DNA from: Acidimicrobiia bacterium
GTDB taxonomy: Bacteria > Actinomycetota > Acidimicrobiia > IMCC26256 > JACDBD01
DNA length: 64,000 nt
Reading direction: 5' to 3'
NCBI GenBank assembly: GCA_035316025.1
Contig: DATFXL010000048.1
Location: forward strand, 5,382-69,381
Shown: piece after piece, positions 26,424 through 34,306 of the stretch
How positions within the stretch are numbered: position 1 is the first letter of the stretch
Layout of the letters: every line of letters starts with the position of its first letter
Translations under genes and position numbers: made by a program
The notes under the pieces: model-generated
What the model saw: only the letters and a program-made list of their open reading frames with translations
Database searches by the model: none
What the model was told of the DNA's origin: nothing

Positions 26424-27704
26424 CTACGAGCGGCGCGGGCCCGCCGTGAGCAGATCGCTCGCCTTCGTCATCTGCGCCCGCTTGCCGACGCTCTTCGGCG
26501 CGACGTCGACGTCGGCGGCACGCGCCCGCAGGGCACCGACATTGCACTCCTCCGGGGGACGCAACGCGAACGGGTCGAAGCGGAAGTGTCGCAGCGCGTT
26601 CTGGTACGTGATCGCGTTGATCTCGTCGTCGGGGACTCCTGCGGCCTCGAAGGACCGCATGGCGAACTCGGGCGACGTCGGCCACGTGGAATCCGAGTGG
26701 GGATAGTCGGTCTCCCAGCAGATGTTGTCGACGCCCACGCGGTGGCGCTGCTCGAGCCCGGCGAGGTCGTCGATGTAGCACTTGACGACGCGCTCGCGGA
26801 ACACCTCGCTCGGGAGCTTCCCGCCGAAGTCCTGGCCCGTCCACGGGTGGTGCCGGGTGTAGATCCAGTCGACGCGCTCGTGGAAGTACGGGATCCACCC
26901 GATCCCGCCCTCGGAGAGGGCGACGCGCAGATCGGGGAACTTCCGCAGCACCGGCGACCAGAGGAGGTCGGCTGCCGCCTGCACGATGTTCACCGGCTGC
27001 AGGCTGATGAGCACGTCGATGGGCGCGTCGTCGGCGGTGACGACGAGGGTCGACGACGACCCGATGTGCATGCAGACGATGGCATTCTCGTCGCAGCAGA
27101 CCGACCAGAACGGGTCCCAGTGGTCGGAGTGGAAGCTCGGCATCCGCAGCTTGGCGGGATTCTCCGAGAAGCTGATCGCGTGACACCCCTTGGCGGCGAC
27201 CCGGTGCACCTCGTCCGCCATTGCCTGCGGGTCCCACAGGGGCGGGAGGGCGAGCGGCATGAATCGGCCGGGATATGTGCCGCACCACTCGTCGATGTGC
27301 CAGTCGTTGTAGGCCCGGAGGACGGCGAGGGCGGCGTCCTTGTCCTTCGATCGCGAGAACAGCTGCCCGCAGAGGTTCGGGAACGACGGGAAGCACAAGG
27401 AGCCGAGGACGCCGTTGGCGTCCATGTCGCGGATGCGCTGGTGGATGTCGTAGCAGCCGTCGCGGATCTCGTCGAAGGATGTCGGCTCCATGCCGTACTC
27501 CTCCGGCGGGCGGCCGGCGACGGCGTTGAGGCCGATGTTCGGGATCTCGCGCCCCTCGTACACCCACACGTCGCTGCCGTCATCCTTCCTCACGACGCGG
27601 GGGGCGACGTCGACGTACTGGGTCGGGAGCCGCCCGTCGAACATGTGCGGCGGCTCGACGGCATGGTCGTCCACGCTCACCAGGATCATGTCGTCGAGAC
27701 GCAC
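26424..27704 (-). CDS. amidohydrolase family protein (Amidohydro_2), paralogue of 2800-3993
   Basis: This is the 3' part of track ORF 26424..27881. It has VSVDDHAVEP, CMHIGSSS and ETDYPHSDSTWP. The start is the GTG at 27704, directly after GGGGGAGAGG; the alternative ATG at 27689 sits 15 nt from the SD. Confidence 0.85.
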   Translation of the reverse strand: MRLDDMILVSVDDHAVEPPHMFDGRLPTQYVDVAPRVVRKDDGSDVWVYEGREIPNIGLNAVAGRPPEEYGMEPTSFDEIRDGCYDIHQRIRDMDANGVLGSLCFPSFPNLCGQLFSRSKDKDAALAVLRAYNDWHIDEWCGTYPGRFMPLALPPLWDPQAMADEVHRVAAKGCHAISFSENPAKLRMPSFHSDHWDPFWSVCCDENAIVCMHIGSSSTLVVTADDAPIDVLISLQPVNIVQAAADLLWSPVLRKFPDLRVALSEGGIGWIPYFHERVDWIYTRHHPWTGQDFGGKLPSEVFRERVVKCYIDDLAGLEQRHRVGVDNICWETDYPHSDSTWPTSPEFAMRSFEAAGVPDDEINAITYQNALRHFRFDPFALRPPEECNVGALRARAADVDVAPKSVGKRAQMTKASDLLTAGPRRS

Positions 27705-27771
27705 CCTCTCCCCCTTGTTCGCCGCTGACGCGCACGTCAGGATATCGGCACCGGATCGCGAAGGGGCAGGC

Positions 27772-28344
27772 ATGACGGCACCCACGGCGCAGCCCGTCGC
27801 CCGGGCTTCGGTGCCCCTGAAGTTGCTCGGCATCGTGCTCGCAGGTGGCGCCGTTTCCGTCGCCCTCGGCGTGTACGGCAAGGTGCACGACCCGACGGGC
27901 GAGAAGCCCTACACCCTGTTCTTCTCCGACACGATCAACCTCAAAGTGTGGTTCGCGACGGCGGCCGTGTTCCTCGCCGCGGTGCAGGTCCTGCTGGCGT
28001 TGCGCATGTACGACAAGATCCACGTCCCACATGACGCGCCACCGTGGCTGGGCGACGCGCATCGTCTCACCGGGATCGTCGCGTTCGGACTCACCCTGCC
28101 GGTCGCGTACCAGTGCCTCTGGGCGCTCGGGTTCCAATCGACCGACACTCGAGTGCTCGTCCACTCACTGCTCGGGTGCTTCTTCTTCGGCGTCTTCACG
28201 GTCAAGGTCCTCGTCGTGCGCACGCACGGCCTACCGGGATGGCTCCTCCCGATCATGGGCGGGACCGTGTTCGCAACGCTCGTCCTGATCTGGTTGACGA
28301 GCAGCATTTGGTTCTGGAACGAGTTCGGGTTCCCGAGCTTCTGA
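27772..28344 (+). CDS. polytopic membrane protein (resembles DUF6529-type proteins)
   Basis: This is the 3' part of track ORF 27490..28344. The ATG at 27772 follows AAGGGGCAGG. It has five hydrophobic segments with several conserved-looking His (KIHVPHD, DAHRLTG, VLVHSLLG). Confidence 0.7.
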   Translation: MTAPTAQPVARASVPLKLLGIVLAGGAVSVALGVYGKVHDPTGEKPYTLFFSDTINLKVWFATAAVFLAAVQVLLALRMYDKIHVPHDAPPWLGDAHRLTGIVAFGLTLPVAYQCLWALGFQSTDTRVLVHSLLGCFFFGVFTVKVLVVRTHGLPGWLLPIMGGTVFATLVLIWLTSSIWFWNEFGFPSF

Positions 28345-28351
28345 GGGCGCG

Positions 28352-28696
28352 GTGGGATTCAAGCGCTTCGTGAACGTTGTCGAGATCCTCGCCGGCGTGG
28401 CCGCGCTCGTGTTCGTGATCGCGCTCTTCGCCAACGAGCCCGGTGGCGGGAGCACAGCCAAGAGCGGTCGCGGATACGACATCTACGTCTCCAACTGCGC
28501 CCGTTGCCACGGCCAGGAGGGCCAAGGCGGCGTGGGCCCGCAGCTGGCCGGAGTGGTCACGAACGCGTTCCCGGACGCCAAGGACGAGATCGCGGTCGTC
28601 CGGGACGGGAGGGATGGCATGCCGTCGTTCGCCGGCGACCTCAGCCCGACGGAGATCGCGGACGTGGTGGCCTACACGCGCACCGAGCTCAAGTAG
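28352..28696 (+). CDS. membrane-anchored mono-haem class I c-type cytochrome
   Basis: Track ORF 28352..28696. It has an N-terminal TM helix, the haem-binding motif CARCH, and distal Met in RDGRDGMPSF. It lies 7 nt downstream of the membrane-protein gene. Confidence 0.85.
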   Translation: MGFKRFVNVVEILAGVAALVFVIALFANEPGGGSTAKSGRGYDIYVSNCARCHGQEGQGGVGPQLAGVVTNAFPDAKDEIAVVRDGRDGMPSFAGDLSPTEIADVVAYTRTELK

Positions 28697-30182
28697 CTGG
28701 CTCGCCGACCACCGCGGCCAGCAGCTCCTTCTTGTCGACCTTGTGCATGCCCGAGCGGGGTAGAGGCGTTTCGCGCACGACGAGCCGCCGCGGCAACTTG
28801 TAGTCGGCGAGGCGGTCGGCCAGGAACGCCCGGACCGACTCGACGTCGAGCGGCGCGCTCCCGTTACGCAGACGGACAACCGCGCAGACATCGTGACCGA
28901 GCACGTCATGGGGAACGCCGATGACCGCCACCTCCGCCACGTCGGGATGCTCGTACAACGCGCTCTCGACCTCGATCGAGTACACGTTGTACCCACCCCG
29001 GTTGATCATGTCTTTCTTGCGGTCGACGAGATAGAGGAAACCGTCGGCGTCGAAGTAGCCGAGATCACCCGTATGCACCCAGCCGTCGCGCCAGGTGCGG
29101 ACAGTGGCCTCCGGATCGCTCCAGTACGACCGCTCCCCCGCCGCCAGCCGGATCGTCACCTCCCCGACCGCGCCCAGGGGGCGCTCGTGACCATCGTCGT
29201 CGAGGATGCGCACGGATGCGCCCGCGACCGGCTTGCCGACCGAGCCCGGCCGCCGCAGCAGCTCCCCGGGCGGCATCGTGCACGTGCTGCCGCCCCCTTC
29301 CGTCAGGCCGTAGCCATTGACGAGCGCGGCGCGCGGGAACGCCTCGGCCAGGGCCGGGAGCGAGTGCGGCGGCGTCGGCGCGCTGCCGAACATGACCATC
29401 CGGACTGATCCCGTGTCGCGGCCCGCGAGCGCGCCCGACTCGAGGAGCAGGAGGATCTGGGCCGGGACCATCAGGAGCCACGTGGGCCGGCGTTCCTCGA
29501 TCAATGCTGCGAACCGGTCGGTGTCGAAGCGCGGAAGGGCGATGCTCGTCATCGCCAGACGCAACGGCATGATCAGCGCGCCGAGGCTGCCGAATGTCGT
29601 GGGCAGCGGCGCCGAGTGCAGCAGCGTCAGCAGCTGCTCGAGGGGCTTGGCCTCGTTGGCGAGCACGCTGTCGTGCGTGGACGTGACGCCCTTCGGGAGG
29701 CCGGTCGTCCCCGACGTGTACAAGATCTCGGCCAGGTCCGATCCCGCTCGTGGGACTCGGAACGACCCGGTGTCCCCGCGGGTCACCTCGGCCCACTCGT
29801 TGTCGCCGAGGACGCGGGTCGACTGCAGCGCGCGTGCGCGTGCTTCCTGGTCGCCCCCGGTCACGATCAACGCCGGATCGGCATTGGCCGCGATGTGCTC
29901 GAGCTCGCGAGGCGCGTAGCGCGGGTTGACCGGCACTACGACGGCGCCCGCCTTGTGGGCGGCGACGTACGCCAGCGCGAACCGATCCGCCAGCTCGGGC
30001 GGGAGCAGGAGCATGACCCGGTCCCCGGGGGTCACGCCGCGGTCGACGAGTGCCCGGGCCAGCGTGTTCGAGCGTGCGTCCCAGCCGGCGAACGTCAGGG
30101 CGTCGCCGGCGAAGACGTCGACCGCGACCCGATCAGGAAACCGTTCCGCGACCGCTCGCAGCTCGTCCGGGAGCAGACTCAC
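28689..30182 (-). CDS. AMP-dependent synthetase/ligase (acyl-CoA synthetase family)
   Basis: Track ORF 28689..30182 with a GTG start. It has ILYTSGTTGLPKGV, GYGLTEGGG and YKLPRRLVVRETPLPRSGMHKV. Confidence 0.9.
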   Translation of the reverse strand: MSLLPDELRAVAERFPDRVAVDVFAGDALTFAGWDARSNTLARALVDRGVTPGDRVMLLLPPELADRFALAYVAAHKAGAVVVPVNPRYAPRELEHIAANADPALIVTGGDQEARARALQSTRVLGDNEWAEVTRGDTGSFRVPRAGSDLAEILYTSGTTGLPKGVTSTHDSVLANEAKPLEQLLTLLHSAPLPTTFGSLGALIMPLRLAMTSIALPRFDTDRFAALIEERRPTWLLMVPAQILLLLESGALAGRDTGSVRMVMFGSAPTPPHSLPALAEAFPRAALVNGYGLTEGGGSTCTMPPGELLRRPGSVGKPVAGASVRILDDDGHERPLGAVGEVTIRLAAGERSYWSDPEATVRTWRDGWVHTGDLGYFDADGFLYLVDRKKDMINRGGYNVYSIEVESALYEHPDVAEVAVIGVPHDVLGHDVCAVVRLRNGSAPLDVESVRAFLADRLADYKLPRRLVVRETPLPRSGMHKVDKKELLAAVVGEPAT

Positions 30183-30232
30183 GCCGGCACTGTATTGACG
30201 CGAGCGGACGAAACCCAGAACACTCCCCCGCC

Positions 30233-31285
30233 ATGCAGGAAGCGGCGGCCCCGATCCGCGTTGGCTTGCTGTTCGACTTCCCGCAGGCGGACGGGGGCAC
30301 GAGCTTCGAGGAGGCGGTCCGGCTCGGGCTCGACGAGGTGGCCGCCGCCGGGCGCCTCGACCGCCCAGTCGAGTTCGAGACCCGCCTCGCCCGCGGGCTC
30401 CCGCTCGGGACCGAGCGCGATGTGGTCGCCGCGTTCCGCGAGCTCGACGAGGCCGGCGTGCTGCTGGTCCTCGGCCCGTCGATCAGCGACAACGGGCTGA
30501 TCGCGCGTCCCCTCGCCGACGCCGCCGGCATCCCGAGCATCAACTACACGGGCGGCGAGCGGACGCGCAGCGAGTTCATGTTCCACTACCAGATCGGATC
30601 GCTCGAGGAGGAGCCGCCGCTGCTGGCGCGCCGGCTTGCGCAACGAGGGCTGCGCAGCGCGGCCGTGATCCGCGACCAGTCGCCGGTCGGGCTCGGGTAC
30701 GCCGAGGCGTTCGAGGCCGCCCGCGCCCTCGAGACCATCGAGACGACGGGCGTCGCCGCGATCTCACCACTCTCGGACGACGTGCGTCCGGTCGTCACGA
30801 GGCTGCGGCAAACGGAGCCCGAGGCGCTCGTGTACCTGGGCCTGGGGGTCACGTCCCGTGCCGTGGCCGTCGCCCTCGCCGACCTCGACTGGTCGGTGCC
30901 GGTCGTCGCCAACAGCTCTCTGATGTTCGGGTACGCGCGTCCCGATTGGCGCGACGGCTGGGCCGGATGGGAGTACCTCGACGGCGTGGCCGACGACAAC
31001 CGGATGCGTGATCGCCTCCGCGAGAAGTCGAAGCGCGCCGCCGCCGGACCGATCGGCTGCGCCGCGTATGACATGGGGCGGCTCGTGGGCGAGGCGATCG
31101 CGCGTGCCGGTCACCTCACGCGTGCGGGCCTGAAAGAGGGACTCGAGCGGGTGAAGCAGATGTCGGCCACGTGCGGCGTCGACGGCACGACCATGGGCTT
31201 CGGCACCTACGACCACGCGGCCCTGAAGGGCCGCTACCTCGTCCTGCGCGAGTGGCGGGACGGAAGGACGGTGCAGGTCACATGA
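30233..31285 (+). CDS. type I periplasmic-binding-fold (LivK/AmiC-like) ligand-binding protein without signal peptide
   Basis: This is the 3' part of track ORF 30050..31285, with the ATG at 30233 (MQEAAAPIRVGLLFDFP...). No hydrophobic leader or lipobox is seen. There is no adjacent permease or ATPase. Confidence 0.72.
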   Translation: MQEAAAPIRVGLLFDFPQADGGTSFEEAVRLGLDEVAAAGRLDRPVEFETRLARGLPLGTERDVVAAFRELDEAGVLLVLGPSISDNGLIARPLADAAGIPSINYTGGERTRSEFMFHYQIGSLEEEPPLLARRLAQRGLRSAAVIRDQSPVGLGYAEAFEAARALETIETTGVAAISPLSDDVRPVVTRLRQTEPEALVYLGLGVTSRAVAVALADLDWSVPVVANSSLMFGYARPDWRDGWAGWEYLDGVADDNRMRDRLREKSKRAAAGPIGCAAYDMGRLVGEAIARAGHLTRAGLKEGLERVKQMSATCGVDGTTMGFGTYDHAALKGRYLVLREWRDGRTVQVT

Positions 31286-31294
31286 TGTGCGGGG

Positions 31295-31762
31295 TCACAA
31301 CGACTGGAGGACGCCGAAAACCTTCTCGTCGGGCGGGATGTTGTACTGCTGGGCGCCGACCTCCTCGAACCGCACGATGCCGCCGCCGTCGATCACGAAG
31401 AGGCCGGGTCGCTGCCCGAGCGAGATGAGGCGGCTGGTGACGCCGTAGGCGTCGAAGACCTTGTGCTCCTCGTCCACGAGCGTGGGATACGGCGACGGCT
31501 GCGACCGCAGGTACGCCTCGGAGCGGGCCGGGCTCTCGGCCGAGATGGCGAGCACTTCAGCACCGAGGGCGGTGAAGCGTTCGTAGTCGTCGCGCAACTG
31601 CGCGAGGTGCCGGCGGCAGAACGGTCAGGAGTACCCGCGGAGGAACGCGAGGACGACCGGCCGGCCCCGATACGACGACAGCGACACCTCGCCGCCACCG
31701 GTGCGCGGCAGCGTGAAGTCGGGCGCCGCCGACCCGGTCGGGACCGTCGAGCTCTCGCTCAT
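31295..31762 (-). CDS. Prx-like (AhpC/TSA, PRX_like-type) thioredoxin-fold protein with in-frame TGA at codon 46 (candidate selenocysteine; otherwise a pseudogene)
   Basis: The ATG at 31762 follows GAAGGAGG with a 5-nt spacer. The frame reads MSESSTVPTGSAAPDFTLPRTGGGEVSLSSYRGRPVVLAFLRGYS-TGA(31625-31627)-PFCRRHLAQLRDDYERF and continues in the same frame into track ORF 31295..31597. The region upstream of the TGA has strong third-position GC. The TGA replaces the first Cys of the family (W)CPxC motif. Confidence 0.6.
31590..31605 (-). other. SECIS-compatible stem-loop downstream of the in-frame UGA
   Basis: The mRNA can form UCGCGC-AGUU-GCGCGA, a 6-bp stem with a 4-nt apical loop containing GU. 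The stem starts 19 nt after the UGA. This was folded by eye only. Confidence 0.35.
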
Positions 31763-31883
31763 GGGCTCCTCCTTCGCCGTCGCCGCCGCACACTAGAGCC
31801 AACCCTTGACGGCCGGGACGGCGGCCGGGATCGTGGGCGGGGCGCCATCAGCCGTGGCGCCGTGACGACGTGAGGGGGGACCC

Positions 31884-32099
31884 ATGGCGGACAGCGTCTA
31901 CAAGGTCATCGAGCTGGTCGGGACGAGCTCCGACGGATTCGAGCAGGCGGTCTCGGCCGCCGTCGCCCAGGCGTCGCAGTCGCTGCGCGATCTCAGGGTC
32001 GCCGAGGTCACCCAGCTCGACGTGACCATCGAGAGCGGCAAGGTGTCCGCCTACCGCGCCAAGGTCAACGTGTCGTTCAAGTACGAGGGCGGTGGCTAG
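31884..32099 (+). CDS. dodecin family flavin-binding protein
   Basis: Track ORF 31884..32099 (71 aa). YKVIELVGTSSDGFEQAV...VSFKYE matches actinobacterial dodecins. The SD GAGGGGGG lies 4 nt upstream. Confidence 0.85.
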   Translation: MADSVYKVIELVGTSSDGFEQAVSAAVAQASQSLRDLRVAEVTQLDVTIESGKVSAYRAKVNVSFKYEGGG

Positions 32100-32162
32100 C
32101 GGGTAGCTGTCACACCCCCGTGGTTCGATGCTCGGGAGGGTGGAGCAGACCACGGAGGACCG

Positions 32163-32387
32163 ATGACAGCGACCACTCGATTCAGTGAGGCCAACCTGGC
32201 CGCAGAGACCCCGCCGGTGCGGCTGGAGCCGTGCCCGGCATTCCGTCTCGACTTCGACACGGCTCACCCGGTCTGCGAGGTCTGCGGCTGGCTCGAGCAC
32301 GACCACGCGGGTGACGATGCGCCCGGCGGCGCCGTCGTGAGCGTGCTACGGCGTCGATCCCCGATGCCGCAGCGGTTGGCGTCGTAG
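32163..32387 (+). CDS. small Cys/His-rich hypothetical protein (74 aa)
   Basis: Track ORF 32163..32387. The SD ACGGAGGA lies 3-4 nt before the ATG, and third-position GC is mostly high. It has a CPAF...CEVCGWLEHDH possible zinc-binding motif. I recognise no family. Confidence 0.45.
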   Translation: MTATTRFSEANLAAETPPVRLEPCPAFRLDFDTAHPVCEVCGWLEHDHAGDDAPGGAVVSVLRRRSPMPQRLAS

Positions 32388-32394
32388 GAGCCGC

Positions 32395-33303
32395 TCAGGC
32401 TGACTTGCGAGTCCGCGAGCGGGTCTTCGTGGCCTTGGTGCTCTTGCTCGCCTTCTTGGCGCCGGCCTTCTTCGTCTTCTTGGCCGCCGCCTTCGCGGGC
32501 CGAGCTGCGGCCTGTTCGCCGCCCTTGCCGGCGCGGGCCAAGCTCGCTTCGAGCGCGGCCATGAGGTCGACGACCTTCGCCGGCTCCTCGACCAGCGGCT
32601 CGGCCACGATCTCCTCGCCGGCCGCCTTCTTCTCGATGATCCCGAGGAGCTGCTCGCGGTAGTCGTCGTGGTACTTGTCGGGCTCGAAGTCGGCCGCGAG
32701 CGCCTCGATGAGCTGACGCGCCATGTCGAGCTCCTTCTCGCTCGGCGCGACGTCGTCTTCGCGGGGGATCTCCTCGAGGCTCTCGATCGGGATCACCTCG
32801 TCGGCGTGGCGCATGGTCTCGATGCACAACCCGCCGTCGAGGGGACGGATGGCGACGAGGTGCTCCTTGGCCCGTAGCACGATCTTGCCGACGGCGACCT
32901 TCTGCAGGTCGGTCATCGCCTCGATGAGCAGGCGGTAGGGCCGCTCGGCGGCGCGATCGGGCACCAGGTAGTACGGCTGCTCGAAGTAGACCGGGTCGAT
33001 CTGCTCGAGGTCGACGAAGTCCGAGATCTCGATGGTGTGGCTGGCCTTCGGCGTCAGCTTCTCGAGCTCGTCATTGTCGACCACGACGTACTGGCCGCTG
33101 GCGATCTCGTAGCCCTTCTGGATGCGCTCGTTGGGCACTTCGTCGCCCGTAGCCTCGGACACCCGGCGGTAGCGAATGCGGGCGCCGGTTCCCTCCTCGA
33201 GCTGGTTGAAGCGGACGTCCTTCGAGCGCACGGCCGACACGAGCTTCACCGGTACGGTCACGAGACCGAAGCTGATGTTGCCGCTCCAAATCGTGCTGGG
33301 CAC
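32395..33303 (-). CDS. ku: Ku protein (non-homologous end joining)
   Basis: Track ORF 32395..33312. The IWSGNISFGLVTVPVKL N-terminus and lysine-rich C-terminal tail are canonical bacterial Ku. I moved the start to the GTG at 33303 because the track start GTG (33312) is itself the end of an AAGGAGGTG Shine-Dalgarno sequence. Confidence 0.92.
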   Translation of the reverse strand: MPSTIWSGNISFGLVTVPVKLVSAVRSKDVRFNQLEEGTGARIRYRRVSEATGDEVPNERIQKGYEIASGQYVVVDNDELEKLTPKASHTIEISDFVDLEQIDPVYFEQPYYLVPDRAAERPYRLLIEAMTDLQKVAVGKIVLRAKEHLVAIRPLDGGLCIETMRHADEVIPIESLEEIPREDDVAPSEKELDMARQLIEALAADFEPDKYHDDYREQLLGIIEKKAAGEEIVAEPLVEEPAKVVDLMAALEASLARAGKGGEQAAARPAKAAAKKTKKAGAKKASKSTKATKTRSRTRKSA

Positions 33304-33385
33304 GGGGCCCACCTCCTTGCCGCCCGCCGGCCCCTATAGCGTCGCAGGTCGTGGAGGGTCGACGCACACTTCTCCCGCAGGCCCC

Positions 33386-34306
33386 ATGAGCCCCAAGGGG
33401 AATCAGGTCGAGATCCACGGCCGCCGCCTGCGGCTGTCAAACCTCGACAAGGTCCTCTACCCCGAGGCCGGGTTCACCAAAGCCGAGGTCGTCGACTACT
33501 ACGCCCGGATCGGCGAGGTCATCGTCCCGCACCTGGCCGACCGGGCCGTGACCCTCGTGCGCTGGCCGGACGGGGTCGACCACCAGTCGTTCTTCGAGAA
33601 GCGCTGCCCCTCGCACGCGCCCTCGTGGCTCCGCTCCGCGCCCGTTTCCGACGACCTGACCCAGTGCGTGCTCGACGACCTCCCGTCGCTCGTGTGGGCG
33701 GCGAACATGGCCGCTCTCGAGCTGCACACGCCGCAGGCCCGCGTGTCGAGCCTCGACCGGCCCGACTCGATGGTGTTCGACCTGGACCCGGGCCCGGGGG
33801 CCACCGTGCTCGACTGCGCCCGCGTCGCACTCGACCTCCGGGGAGTGCTTGCCGAGCTGGGACTCGAGTCCGTCGTCAAGACGTCGGGGTCAAAGGGTCT
33901 CCACATGGCGGTGCCGGTGCACACCGCTGTGACCGACGACGATACGAAGGACTTTGCGCGTGCGCTGGGCCAAGTGCTCGCCAAGCGCCAGCCCGACCAG
34001 GTCACCGTGATCATGAAGAAGGAGGAGCGACCGGGGAAGGTGTTCGTGGACTGGAGCCAGAACGACGAGCACAAGACGACCGTGTGCGCGTATTCGCTCC
34101 GGGGCAAGGCACGGCCGCTGGTCTCGACGCCGGTGGCGTGGGACGAGGTGTCGGACGCGCTGGACGACAACGACGAGGACGCGCTGTCGTTCGAAGCACC
34201 CGATGTCCTCGAACGCGTGGCGCAGCACGGCGACCTCTACGCGCCGAACCTCGAGCTGGAGCAGGAGCTGCCCCCTCTGACACCGCAACGGAGCCGGCGC
34301 TCGTGA
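33386..34306 (+). CDS. stand-alone NHEJ polymerase/primase (LigD polymerase domain, PolDom); no ligase domain
   Basis: This is the 3' part of track ORF 33176..34306, with the ATG at 33386. It has RLSNLDKVLYPEAGFTKAEVVDYY, MVFDLDPG, KTSGSKGLHM and VFVDWSQN. It is divergent from ku. Confidence 0.88.
   Translation: MSPKGNQVEIHGRRLRLSNLDKVLYPEAGFTKAEVVDYYARIGEVIVPHLADRAVTLVRWPDGVDHQSFFEKRCPSHAPSWLRSAPVSDDLTQCVLDDLPSLVWAANMAALELHTPQARVSSLDRPDSMVFDLDPGPGATVLDCARVALDLRGVLAELGLESVVKTSGSKGLHMAVPVHTAVTDDDTKDFARALGQVLAKRQPDQVTVIMKKEERPGKVFVDWSQNDEHKTTVCAYSLRGKARPLVSTPVAWDEVSDALDDNDEDALSFEAPDVLERVAQHGDLYAPNLELEQELPPLTPQRSRRS

Noticed and set aside
31295-31762. Alternative reading of the Prx-like gene as a plain pseudogene, or as two separate ORFs.
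   Set aside because: I have not fully rejected this. I prefer the selenoprotein reading for four reasons: the TGA falls exactly on the catalytic Cys codon, both halves stay in one frame with coding-like GC3, a strong SD precedes the ATG at 31762, and a GC-rich hairpin follows the TGA. A single TGC/TGT-to-TGA mutation or a sequencing error would look the same without the hairpin, so genome-wide Sec machinery must be checked.
33304-33312. Track start codon of ku (GTG at 33312).
   Set aside because: That GTG is the last triplet of AAGGAGGTG, an almost perfect Shine-Dalgarno sequence. The next in-frame GTG (33303), 7 nt further on, yields the canonical Ku N-terminus.
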